DNA of 20,000 bases. It comes from an uncultured virus (IMG/VR IMGVR_UViG_3300035505_000652) (Duplodnaviria; Heunggongvirae; Uroviricota; Caudoviricetes). A model generated the notes under the pieces. It was given only the letters and a program-made list of their open reading frames with translations, made no database searches and was not told where the DNA came from. Positions 1 through 8,125 of this stretch are shown here, in pieces. Made by a program: the position numbers and the translations under genes. How positions within the stretch are numbered: the first letter of the stretch is position 1; each line of letters starts with the position of its first letter. The DNA is taken from the IMG/VR virus record IMGVR_UViG_3300035505_000652. The stretch is one strand, 5' to 3'.

Positions 1-533
1 TTGTTGTTGATGTAATTGTAAAAATTGTTTAATGAAATGTCTGGTATCCTATGGAAGTCATTTGAGAACACCCATGCCTCCATTACACCGTTATCATCAA
101 ATTGCATTGCGACAGGAAGAAGCCTTTCAATTACCTGTTGTACTTTGCCGCTTGCATAGAGTCCAGACATGGAACCGCTTATATCCATAACCATGCATAC
201 CCTTGAAATAAGCCCGTTCAACTCTTTCTTTTCCAAGCAAAGGCTTTGGATTGACTGCTTGCTTAAATTCAATTGTTGGATTCTCTGCTCCTTATCAAGG
301 TTTAATGATTGGATGTTGCTTTGATTAAGGGTATTGTTATACCCGTTTTGGTTTGGATAATTGTTATACCCATTTTGGTTTGGATAGTTATTGTATCCAT
401 TATTGTAGTTATTTTGGTTTGGATAATTGTTATATCCATTTTGGTTTGGATAGCCATTATAGTTGTTTCCCATATTGTTGGGATATTGCTGTTGACCAGT
501 CAAGCCATTTAAAAGTTTATCAAGAAATCCCAT
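1..533 (-). CDS. vWA domain protein (vWA-TerF-like) with N-terminal Asn/Tyr/Gln repeats; runs off the left edge
   Basis: Not in the ORF track; translated by hand from ATG at 533 with GGAGGT RBS at 542-547: MGFLDKLLNGLTGQQQYPNN...(YPNQNGYNN)n...RVCMVMDISGSMSGLYASGKVQQVIERLLPVAMQFDDNG. DxSGSM MIDAS motif plus FDDNG is typical of Ter-associated vWA proteins. Confidence 0.85.
   Translation of the reverse strand, partial: MGFLDKLLNGLTGQQQYPNNMGNNYNGYPNQNGYNNYPNQNNYNNGYNNYPNQNGYNNYPNQNGYNNTLNQSNIQSLNLDKEQRIQQLNLSKQSIQSLCLEKKELNGLISRVCMVMDISGSMSGLYASGKVQQVIERLLPVAMQFDDNGVMEAWVFSNDFHRIPDISLNNFYNYINN
334..453 (-). repeat. 27-bp coding tandem repeat (YPNQNGYNN units, about 4 copies)
   Basis: ttgttatacccgttttggtttggataa (334-360) and ttgttatacccattttggtttggatag (361-387), followed by two more degenerate units. 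Confidence 0.85.
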
Positions 534-534
534 A

Positions 535-1470
535 TTATTGTACCTCCAAACTTTCTTCTTCAACTATTGCTTCACTTAAAATCTCGCTTTCAACTTCTTG
601 TGTTGAACTTTCTTCAACGCTTGTTTCTACTTCTTTTGTTTCATTGGTTTCATAAGACGTGGATTTGCTGGTAGAATTTGGTTTTACTACCTCTATGCTT
701 TCAATCTCAAAATCATAGCCAAGCTGGTCAAGCAATTCCTCATTTTCAACAGCCCTTCCAAGAACAATGCATCTTTGATAGAGTGCCATGTTCCCGCCAT
801 ACTTTGCAAGGTATTCAAGATATGAAGTATCCACATCACTTTGAAGGTCTGTATCTGTTACTTCAATCTCATCAAGGCATATGTAGAAATTATTGCTGCT
901 GTACAATGTCTGGTATATGCAATACTTCATAGGATAGACTTCATCAACTTGTTCCTCTCTATTGTATACCCTGTCTGTTGTGACGAAATACCATCTTGCT
1001 CTGTCAGCATTCCTTCTTGTATCAGTCTTTTCATAACTGTACTTGTATGCTATCTTTGTGCCATCCTCAACCAATTGATAAAACCAAGCTGTTGCCTTTG
1101 GTGCGGTATCATCATACATTTTAAATGTTACAGTTCCAAGACCTTTGAATTTTATCTTAACCAAGGTATCCCCATCTTCTACGGTTGTCTGATATTTTTC
1201 ATTGACCATAAAAGCAGAAAAGGCTTCATCAATTTCATCCATCTCATCATCTGTAAATGATACAACTCCGCTGTATACGGTCTCTGGCACGTCAGCAACC
1301 TCTATATCGCTTGAAGATGTTTCAATCTCTGTGCTGGTTTCAGTCTCATCATCAATGACATCATTATTTGTATTGGTTTCATCTTTTCTTAAAACCATAG
1401 CTAATATAACCACTCCAGCCAAAAGGATTGTGGCAAAAAAGGTTATTAGTTTATTTTCTTTTTTGGACAT
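535..1470 (-). CDS. Membrane-anchored, divergent cyclophilin-like (PPIase-fold) protein
   Basis: N-terminal TM helix and acidic linker. GTVTFKMYDDTAPKATAWFYQLVEDG and YGGNMALYQRCIVLGRAVENEELLDQL match the N- and C-terminal cyclophilin signatures, but the FHRxIxxFMIQGG catalytic segment is absent. Confidence 0.65.
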   Translation of the reverse strand: MSKKENKLITFFATILLAGVVILAMVLRKDETNTNNDVIDDETETSTEIETSSSDIEVADVPETVYSGVVSFTDDEMDEIDEAFSAFMVNEKYQTTVEDGDTLVKIKFKGLGTVTFKMYDDTAPKATAWFYQLVEDGTKIAYKYSYEKTDTRRNADRARWYFVTTDRVYNREEQVDEVYPMKYCIYQTLYSSNNFYICLDEIEVTDTDLQSDVDTSYLEYLAKYGGNMALYQRCIVLGRAVENEELLDQLGYDFEIESIEVVKPNSTSKSTSYETNETKEVETSVEESSTQEVESEILSEAIVEEESLEVQ

Positions 1471-1580
1471 TATCTATTTTTCCCTCCAATCTTGGTTTAA
1501 TTATAACAAAAATTTAAAAATTTAAAAAGTCCATATTTGTATTATATGCAAATATTATTTTTAATAGTTATTATTTTTGG

Positions 1581-1608
1581 TTGAAAAATATTTTTAAAAT
1601 GATATAAT
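1581..1608 (+). promoter_or_regulatory. sigmaA-type promoter of the YceG-like gene
   Basis: TTGAAA-N16-TATAAT with TGn extended -10. Confidence 0.55.
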
Positions 1609-1631
1609 AAATTATAATGGAGGAATTAGGT

Positions 1632-3131
1632 ATGGATATCAAGGAAAGTATTAAGGAAAATGTAAAGATTATAGGCTTTTCCAATGAAGATGAATACAAT
1701 TATATGTTGAAGCAGATATATACAGAAACCCAGTCAAGAAATCCTGTTATTGTTGATGGCGGATTTGATATACCAAGCAATGCACAGGTCATTTTAAGCG
1801 TTCAAAGCAGCCTTCACACAATGAACTTGAATGCCTTGCAAAAAGATGACATTATTTTGACGAACAATATTTTATTAAACATGAGGATACAGTCAGCCAT
1901 ATTGGAAATATTGCAGCCGTTATTGTTGAGGGATTATAAAAGCCAGATAATAAAGGAGAATTTCTTTGTGAAACATATTGTCTGGATATATGAAAGGATT
2001 AATGAAGTTGATTGGGAGAAGTTTGAACATCCAACTTTGATATATTTTGGGGACTCAAATGAAGATGATGAAATCCATTTAAAGATATTAAACAAGATTG
2101 GCTTCCATATCATATACATCAATCCAAGAATGAACAAAGATAATCCATTTTACAAGGAATTTGACATTAAAAATGAAATCATCCTTCCCAATTATGCAAA
2201 TCCAGACAAATTCATGGTAAGGGTGGCAAGGGCTAAAGAAATCCCCAAGCAGCAGAATGAGGTTATTCAGACAGTTGCAAAGAAAGCAAAGGATGAATTT
2301 TCAAATACGATATATAAGAATGGAATGGTATTCAAGCCTTGGCAGTTCAGAAAGGGCTATACCAAGCCTATATATATAGATGCGGTTGTTGAGGATATCA
2401 AGACTTATTGGGACCAAGATGCCCGTTTCAGGGAGGGTTTCAAGGTTGAGGATAATGGAGGTTATGAAACGCTATATATCCCTAATTTTTTTACCAAGAT
2501 AAATGGAAGCTTGTTCAACAAGGCGGAATTCCATGAATTGGTTGATTTTACAAAGGGGACGCAGCTTACAAATTTCGCCATGACAACCTATTTAATATCT
2601 TCAAACTTTTCAAAGGAGGATATGTTTAGCTTGATGTTCGTCATGGATTATGACAAGGTTGACTTTGAAAAGGTAAGGCAGCACAAATTATACCAATTGG
2701 GAAGGGTTAACATGGACACCCAAAGATTTATTATAAATAAATATAATGAGTTTGCTATGAAATTTAAAAATTCAATCCAACAAATAGACTTAATACATTT
2801 GCTTGCATCCCTTATAAGCGACACTTCATATATAAAGCTTGTAGAGAATTTTGATTTCCCATTCAGAATACCCAAGCTTGTAATATATTTGAAGGGCAGG
2901 GAGGCATTTGACTTAAACAATAGTCTGTTTATACACTTCCTTAACCTTATAGGATTGGATATATTGATTTACAACCCTACAGGCGCGGAATCCATTGAAG
3001 ATAATTTGTTTGGAAATTATTTGAATATCATCAACTTGGATGAAATGAATTTTGATTTAAGTTATGAGGAATTGCAGACATATATCCCAGCAGGGAAAAA
3101 GGTAGGCTTCTTTAAAAAATTATTTGGATAA
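1632..3131 (+). CDS. YceG-like Ter-operon protein (putative biosynthetic-module component)
   Basis: About 500 aa with duplicated 'P.LIYFG...L..IGF.II.INP' / 'IPKLVIY...FLNLIGLDILIYNPTG..SIE' halves, W.QDARFREGF and IPNFF.KING motifs, and a C-terminal GFFKKLFG. Start moved from 1617 to 1632 because GGAGG lies at 1619-1623. Confidence 0.8.
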   Translation: MDIKESIKENVKIIGFSNEDEYNYMLKQIYTETQSRNPVIVDGGFDIPSNAQVILSVQSSLHTMNLNALQKDDIILTNNILLNMRIQSAILEILQPLLLRDYKSQIIKENFFVKHIVWIYERINEVDWEKFEHPTLIYFGDSNEDDEIHLKILNKIGFHIIYINPRMNKDNPFYKEFDIKNEIILPNYANPDKFMVRVARAKEIPKQQNEVIQTVAKKAKDEFSNTIYKNGMVFKPWQFRKGYTKPIYIDAVVEDIKTYWDQDARFREGFKVEDNGGYETLYIPNFFTKINGSLFNKAEFHELVDFTKGTQLTNFAMTTYLISSNFSKEDMFSLMFVMDYDKVDFEKVRQHKLYQLGRVNMDTQRFIINKYNEFAMKFKNSIQQIDLIHLLASLISDTSYIKLVENFDFPFRIPKLVIYLKGREAFDLNNSLFIHFLNLIGLDILIYNPTGAESIEDNLFGNYLNIINLDEMNFDLSYEELQTYIPAGKKVGFFKKLFG

Positions 3132-3138
3132 GAAAAAC

Positions 3139-3170
3139 AGCCGTCACTTTCACAGTGATGGCTATTTTTT
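3139..3170 (+). terminator. Intrinsic terminator
   Basis: agccgtcact-ttcac-agtgatggct followed by a T-run, between convergent genes. Confidence 0.8.
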
Positions 3171-3197
3171 AATGGATTAAATTATTTTTTAATATGT

Positions 3198-3740
3198 TTA
3201 ATAATCCTCCATGTCTTCCATTAATTCAGACAGGGCTTGGTAGGAACACATTTCAATATTCAAACTCCATCCAGAATACTCATCATGGGTTAATGAATAT
3301 GGGACAAGGAATTGATGGGTTTTGTTCACATTGCTTATTTCCAAGTATTTGTTTAAAAGGAAGCTGTGCAAATTGATTTGCTTGTTGTTTTCCCAAGACG
3401 TAGCATCAAAGAATTGTTCGCCAAAGCTGCTTAGATTGTAATTATTAATCGCCCCTATTATAAAATAAAGCTTGTCAATGTTTGGGTTTTCCTGCTTAAA
3501 TTCCTTTAAATTGAATGATAAGGTTTTTGTGTCCATGTCGCAATATTTAATCACGCTTTCATTATCCACGCCGATTGCCATTAATTTAACATATTGTGAC
3601 GAGCCTCTTATTTCAAAGGTTATATTGTCCAAATTTTTCCCAAAAGTATTCATCGCCCCTTCAATCCCATCAGACACTTCACTAAGGGAATCCTCATCAT
3701 CAACATAATCCCTGATTATCTGTAAAAGCAAATTCCTCAT
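3198..3740 (-). CDS. Hypothetical protein, probably a highly divergent TerD-fold protein
   Basis: AAGGAGG RBS and own promoter. C-terminal half (TLSFNL...PNIDKLYFII...FLVPYSLTHDEYSGWSL...ALSELMEDM) parallels the TerD C-terminal pattern, and the gene is next to yceG-like. Confidence 0.5.
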   Translation of the reverse strand: MRNLLLQIIRDYVDDEDSLSEVSDGIEGAMNTFGKNLDNITFEIRGSSQYVKLMAIGVDNESVIKYCDMDTKTLSFNLKEFKQENPNIDKLYFIIGAINNYNLSSFGEQFFDATSWENNKQINLHSFLLNKYLEISNVNKTHQFLVPYSLTHDEYSGWSLNIEMCSYQALSELMEDMEDY

Positions 3741-3768
3741 TTTAAAAATCCTCCTTATAGTTTTCTTA

Positions 3769-3797
3769 ATTATAATCTAAAAAAAATTATTTGTCAA
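3769..3797 (-). promoter_or_regulatory. Consensus sigmaA promoter
   Basis: Minus strand TTGACA-N17-TATAAT (plus strand attata 3769-3774, tgtcaa 3792-3797). Confidence 0.8.
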
Positions 3798-3977
3798 CAC
3801 AAATTCTTTTGTTTAATAGCAAGAAAGCCAAATTAGGTTGGGAGTTGTAAGATTTGTTTCAAAATAAAAATTTTCTTTTTAGTCTTAGATGCTTTTTTCT
3901 TTTTATTTCTCAACTTATTCTCACCTTTTAATCTTTGGGGGATATTATAATAAAGCTTTAAAAATTTTAATTAATGG

Positions 3978-4003
3978 ATAAATCCACATAAATGTGGATT
4001 TAT
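3978..4003. repeat. Dispersed palindrome copy 1
   Basis: ATAAATCCACAT-AA-ATGTGGATTTAT, preceded by TTAATTAATGG. Confidence 0.9.
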
Positions 4004-4101
4004 GAAAGAATAGAAACAATGGAAGTAGACACGTTGCTGAAATGCAGACAAGCATTTTTAGTTAAGCAATAAAGGGAATGATTAAAGTTTATAATACAAA
4101 A

Positions 4102-4127
4102 GAAAGGGTTGAAAAAACAACCCTTTC
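4102..4127 (-). terminator. Terminator hairpin downstream of the pncA-like gene
   Basis: gaaagggttg-aaaaaa-caaccctttc, with a T-rich tail on the minus strand. Confidence 0.7.
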
Positions 4128-4152
4128 CTTCTTGTTTTAAACCAATCCTGTC

Positions 4153-4677
4153 TTATAAGACATTAATCTGGCATAACTTCATTGCTTCCAAGGCTGTCTT
4201 ATGGCTTTCCTTGGATACGCATGCACAAAGGTCTCCAATCACGTTAACCTTTGTCTCCGGCATATATGCCTTTGCAAGCATTGCGTTTGAAATTACGCAT
4301 ATTCCCGTACAAACCCCGACAAATGTAACCTCATCAAAACCTTCATTCTTTAGATATGAAGCAAGTTCCACGCTGCCGAATGTTGGCTTGTTGAAAATCT
4401 TTGTTTCCTCACCGATAAACTGCTGTAACTCATCAATTATCTCCCAGCCATCGCTTCCTTCAATGCAATGGGGCACTGGCAAATTCTTGCCTTCCTGTGT
4501 CTCCATATAATTTTCCTGATGCGTATCCCTTGTGAATAGGATTTCAACATCTGTCTTTGCTGCCTCATCTTTAATGGCTTCGACCATTGGATTGACAATA
4601 GCCTGTGCTTCCTTGCTTCCAAGACAACCGCCAACAAAATCCTTCTGCATGTCAATTATTACAAAAGCTCTCTTCAT
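4153..4677 (-). CDS. pncA: Nicotinamidase/isochorismatase-family cysteine hydrolase
   Basis: IIDMQKDF, TRDTH, PHC, K.TFGS and GVCTGICV motifs (Asp-Lys-Cys triad and metal ligands). Start at 4677 with a GGAGG RBS. Confidence 0.85.
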   Translation of the reverse strand: MKRAFVIIDMQKDFVGGCLGSKEAQAIVNPMVEAIKDEAAKTDVEILFTRDTHQENYMETQEGKNLPVPHCIEGSDGWEIIDELQQFIGEETKIFNKPTFGSVELASYLKNEGFDEVTFVGVCTGICVISNAMLAKAYMPETKVNVIGDLCACVSKESHKTALEAMKLCQINVL

Positions 4678-4847
4678 AAAATTTTTCCTCCAAATCTTTC
4701 TTATTAATATTGAGGCTTTAACCTCTTCTTTTATATTATATATCTTATTACAAAAAATATAATAAGTCAAGTGCATTATCTAAAAAAAATTATTTTTTTG
4801 TATAAAATTTAAATAAAAAAGCTATTTTAACAACGAATCTTATATTT

Positions 4848-4911
4848 AACAATGAAGAAAACTTAAAGAAAACTAATAAATATAAGGCTTTGAGGAGTTT
4901 TCTTCATTGTT
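4848..4911. repeat. 16-bp perfect inverted repeat with 32-bp spacer
   Basis: aacaatgaagaaaact (4848-4863) and agttttcttcattgtt (4896-4911). Confidence 0.8.
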
Positions 4912-4967
4912 TTGAGCTTTCTTCTTTTTATTCTTCATTTCTTTGTTCACTAATGGAGACACGAATA

Positions 4968-5036
4968 CACATATACACATAAACCTAGCACATAAACAAG
5001 ATTTATGTGTATATGTGCTAGGTTATGTGCTTGTTT
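4968..5036. repeat. CACATA x3 / TATGTG x3 interleaved inverted repeat cluster
   Basis: cacatatacacataaa (4968-4983) pairs with 5002-5017; aacctagcacata (4982-4994) pairs with 5012-5024; aaacaag (4994-5000) pairs with 5030-5036. Confidence 0.8.
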
Positions 5037-5074
5037 TTGTAAAAAGAAAACTAAGAATACCATTAATTTAAGGG

Positions 5075-5100
5075 ATAAATTCACATGGATGTGAATTTAT
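5075..5100. repeat. Dispersed palindrome copy 2
   Basis: ATAAATTCACAT-GG-ATGTGAATTTAT, preceded by TTAATTTAAGGG. Confidence 0.9.
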
Positions 5101-5264
5101 AATACAGTATGAAACCATAGAAATCTTATACGTTTAAATAAACTTTTCTATTGATAAGATGCACCAAACATAAAATAGCCTTTTTGTTGTCAAGCATTTT
5201 TGCTTTAGATATAAATTTACCCTGCTATACCAAGATATCCAAAATATTTTATTCTATATTTTTC

Positions 5265-5289
5265 CAAATCCACATTCTTTGTGGATTTG
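5265..5289. repeat. Dispersed palindrome copy 3 (variant, opposite polarity)
   Basis: CAAATCCACA-TTCTT-TGTGGATTTG, followed by aCCATTAATTAA (reverse complement of the TTAATTAATGG flank). Confidence 0.8.
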
Positions 5290-5495
5290 ACCATTAATTA
5301 ATATACTTAAGTTCCTTATCACTCTCCCATCAAGCTAAAACCTCTTTTATTATTTCAATTTTCCTTAAAAGCAAACAACAAACAAGCTACCATTAAATAA
5401 AGGAATTGTCTTTTGTGTGGGAGAAATTATATTGAGGAAAAAGAATAAAAAGACAAAAGCTTTAATGAAAGGAACTTTAAATCATTGAATTGCCC

Positions 5496-5524
5496 TTGAT
5501 AAAATTGCCATTTTGTGTTATAAT
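5496..5524 (+). promoter_or_regulatory. sigmaA promoter
   Basis: TTGATA-N17-TATAAT with TGn extended -10. Confidence 0.7.
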
Positions 5525-5559
5525 ATAGTTATAAAACAATAAAGGAGTTAGAAATTTTT

Positions 5560-5898
5560 ATGAAGATTTTTTTAGATGATATACGCTCAATTCCAAACGG
5601 CTTTGAAGGTGCCAGAGGGTATGATGATTTTGTCAGGATATATTCACAAAACAAAGGCAAGGTTGAAGAGATTTCTTTAGACCATGACTTGGGGGAATTA
5701 AAGACTGGATACAGTGTTTGCCTTTGGCTTGTGGAGAATAATGCATTTGAAGGATTAAAGAAAATAACCATACACACGGCAAACCCTGTCGGTTCAAAAA
5801 ATATGGCTCAACTTTTAGATAGATACACTCCAAAGGAAGTTGAGATTTATATACTTAACCTTAACAAGGAGCTTGAAAGATATTATAGGCAATTTTAA
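5560..5898 (+). CDS. Cyclic-phosphate processing receiver-like (cREC) domain protein
   Basis: MKIFLDD.R..P, ISLDHDLG, GY....WL and IHTANPVG motifs; AAGGAG RBS. The family is common in phages. Confidence 0.85.
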   Translation: MKIFLDDIRSIPNGFEGARGYDDFVRIYSQNKGKVEEISLDHDLGELKTGYSVCLWLVENNAFEGLKKITIHTANPVGSKNMAQLLDRYTPKEVEIYILNLNKELERYYRQF

Positions 5899-5916
5899 AA
5901 TAGGGGGAAATATTTT

Positions 5917-6339
5917 ATGAAGATGAGGGATTTTGACATCAATACAAAAATATACAGCATTATGGAAATCTTAAAAAAGGTCAAGGATGGCAGCATTATC
6001 CTTGACAATGAGGAAAGCTTAGACATCAACAAGGCTTCTTTTATCATAATCCAAATATTCAGCCATATGCCGTTACCCAATATATATAGTGAAAATGCAG
6101 GAAATAATGAAATCCATGTCTTGAATTCAAAAGTATTGGATGCAATAAACAGGTATGTGAATAATGAATTTGCCTTGGATTCGATAGTTGAGGATTTTAA
6201 TGGATTAAAATATGAAGATTTAACCCCCCAATACAAAAGACGTATCATGGAGGCGAAAATCACATCATATGAAATACTTAATTATAAGCATACTTGTGAT
6301 GATTGTATTAAAATGATAAGGTTATGTTACAACATATAA
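5917..6339 (+). CDS. Degenerate DUF262 (GmrS/ParB-like) domain protein
   Basis: KASFIIIQIFSHMPLPNIY...EIHVLNSKVLDAINRYVNNEFAL...FNGLKYEDLT...KRRI follows the DUF262 layout, but VIDGQQRL is replaced by VLNSKVL. Confidence 0.55.
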   Translation: MKMRDFDINTKIYSIMEILKKVKDGSIILDNEESLDINKASFIIIQIFSHMPLPNIYSENAGNNEIHVLNSKVLDAINRYVNNEFALDSIVEDFNGLKYEDLTPQYKRRIMEAKITSYEILNYKHTCDDCIKMIRLCYNI

Positions 6340-6392
6340 TTGATGAGTGTGGTATCTTTCTTTATTTTTCTTAATCAAAATTAAAAACACAA

Positions 6393-6419
6393 CAAAAAAA
6401 CTCCCATGAGGAGTTTTTC
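6393..6419 (-). terminator. Intrinsic terminator (possibly bidirectional)
   Basis: Minus strand aaaaactcc-tcatg-ggagttttttt. Confidence 0.75.
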
Positions 6420-6720
6420 AGTGTGCGGGGCGAGCCTGCCATAAAGGTCCAATAGAATCGGCTAGTATAACACCAGCCTACATAGAGCCCACCTTGCGGT
6501 GGGAAAACCCCCTGCCTTCTCATTGCCCTTACTGGGCTACCCTCAAAAAGATACATTTTCGATATATACATATTCCCAAGGGAATATCTATATATGGGAA
6601 AATTCGCTATAAAGCTACCTATATTATTTCAAGAGTGGAGTGTTTCCCACTTAGAGAACCATGAAGTTCGCCTGATAATAATATACTTTTCCAAGTATCT
6701 AATATATTATATCCCTCAAA
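6420..6720 (-). ncRNA. Putative structured non-coding RNA, family not recognised
   Basis: GC-rich intergenic island. Minus-strand TATAAT at 6727-6732 and terminator at 6393-6419. GNRA-capped hairpins (atactt-GGAA-aagtat, cccacc-GCAA-ggtggg), G-U pairs that favour the minus strand, and a long closing helix between ~6655-6672 and ~6429-6450. Confidence 0.6.
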
Positions 6721-6886
6721 AATTTTATTATAACCAAAAAAATAAAAATTTTTAAAAAATTTTTTATTTTTTTATGTCTTAAAATACCTATCCCCTTGCC
6801 TTCTTTAACTCAATCATTAAAATTTAATATTTCCCATAAAATTCAAGTATAATAGAAATGAAGAAAAAAGAAAGGAGTAAATCTTT

Positions 6887-7759
6887 ATGGTAGGTTCAGA
6901 TAGCGGATATTTTTTAACTTATGACCTAAAAATCCTATATTGCCCAAGCATGCAGATAGCGAATGTATGCAAGGAATTAAATGTTGACACCAAGGCATTC
7001 ACCCCATTTGATGGCAATATGGCTATATTGGCAGATTCATATAAGTTGAATAAGGAAGATGTGGAGAACATTGTGGACAATGTGTTGACTGGAAAGATTG
7101 GAGAGGAACTTCCAACAGAAAACATGAATTGGCTTATAACCTTTGAAAACTTGTTGAAGGATGACCCATCACTTATAACAAACAGAGAGTTAGCTTTCAA
7201 TTACTTTATTTTAAAATTTGTATTAATGGGATTTTCTGCCGACATGGCGAAGGATATAGTGGTTACTTATTATGAACACATTATAAGGGAAGATGATGTC
7301 CCACACCCACAAATCTTATTAAATCAAATCAACAAATTCTTGACATACAAGAAGTTCTGGATTAAATACAATCTTAAGGATGAGAAGTTGAAGGAGTTCA
7401 AGATGATGAAGAAAATCATCAAGACAAAACAAGAGCTTGAAAATAAAATCAATAGAAACTTCAATTTTGACCAGATGTTTAAGAAAGAGTATCTTGAAGT
7501 TATTGGATATTCATTCGTGCCTGTATTGATAAAATTCAACCAGACAGAGGGATATCTTGTAAAAGAGAAATCTGATTTGAATACATTGATTCCATATGTA
7601 ACCCAAGTTTATCAGGAAATAATCTTAGGCATTATATATAAGATTTGCGATATAGATGAGATTGCTTATGATGAAGTATTCTTCAGCAACCTTATAAAAG
7701 AAATGACAAGCGTTGTAAAACTTTACTTAACTCTCCATTCAAATGAGTTTATAGTATAA
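6887..7759 (+). CDS. Hypothetical protein (290 aa, helical)
   Basis: Long ORF, AAGGAG RBS, TATAAT upstream; no recognised motif. Confidence 0.8.
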   Translation: MVGSDSGYFLTYDLKILYCPSMQIANVCKELNVDTKAFTPFDGNMAILADSYKLNKEDVENIVDNVLTGKIGEELPTENMNWLITFENLLKDDPSLITNRELAFNYFILKFVLMGFSADMAKDIVVTYYEHIIREDDVPHPQILLNQINKFLTYKKFWIKYNLKDEKLKEFKMMKKIIKTKQELENKINRNFNFDQMFKKEYLEVIGYSFVPVLIKFNQTEGYLVKEKSDLNTLIPYVTQVYQEIILGIIYKICDIDEIAYDEVFFSNLIKEMTSVVKLYLTLHSNEFIV

Positions 7760-7795
7760 TAGATGTTTAAGTTTTTTGGAAAAGGAGGTAGGAAG

Positions 7796-8077
7796 ATGGG
7801 AGTTTCTGGAATTTTGAGACCAAATGGGGTTTTTGTGCCATGCAGTTATAAAAACCATGGAGAGGCTGCTTCAAAAATCCCACCAGAAGAAGGTGAGTAT
7901 TGCATTTATTTGAGTAGCGGTATGGAAACCTTAAACAGTCAGGAAGCTTCCATCATCTACTTCAATGATGTGATATACAAGCAACAGGTCCAATGGTTTA
8001 GAAAACATTTCTTGGAATTGGACAATGTTCAAAAGAAACAATTCATGGAATACATGATTTCAAAGAAAAATGCCTAA
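7796..8077 (+). CDS. Hypothetical phage-type protein
   Basis: AAGGAGGT RBS supports the 7796 start. G.L.P.G.F..C....H pattern resembles small phage proteins. Confidence 0.7.
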   Translation: MGVSGILRPNGVFVPCSYKNHGEAASKIPPEEGEYCIYLSSGMETLNSQEASIIYFNDVIYKQQVQWFRKHFLELDNVQKKQFMEYMISKKNA

Positions 8078-8105
8078 AGCTTTAAGCTTTGGGCATTTCC
8101 CTTTT
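8068..8105. terminator. Bidirectional terminator
   Basis: aaatgcctaaagc-tttaa-gctttgggcattt between convergent genes. Confidence 0.75.
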
Positions 8106-8125
8106 TGTAAGTTGAATTTATTTTT

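Noticed and set aside
309..512. 67-aa hydrophobic + strand ORF (also 15576-15806 + and 15515-15781 -)
   Set aside because: These are antisense or alternative-frame shadows of Asn/Tyr/Gln repeats in real minus-strand genes, and have no RBS.
4678..4776. Longer ORF-track starts (4776, 1617, 7763, 11333, 13668, 16737)
   Set aside because: Downstream ATGs have clear Shine-Dalgarno sequences and match family N-termini; the extensions overlap promoter or AT-rich DNA.
6421..6430. GTGCG as a group II intron 5' end
   Set aside because: No domain V/VI and no reverse transcriptase ORF found.
6441..6466. aaaggtcc / atagaatcggcta resembling RNase P P4 strands
   Set aside because: The two segments are adjacent, leaving no room for the catalytic core. 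GAGGAAAGUCC is absent, and hairpin polarity favours the other strand.
6371..6571. 66-aa minus-strand ORF
   Set aside because: It has no RBS, atypical composition, and runs through a terminator; structured RNA explains the region better.
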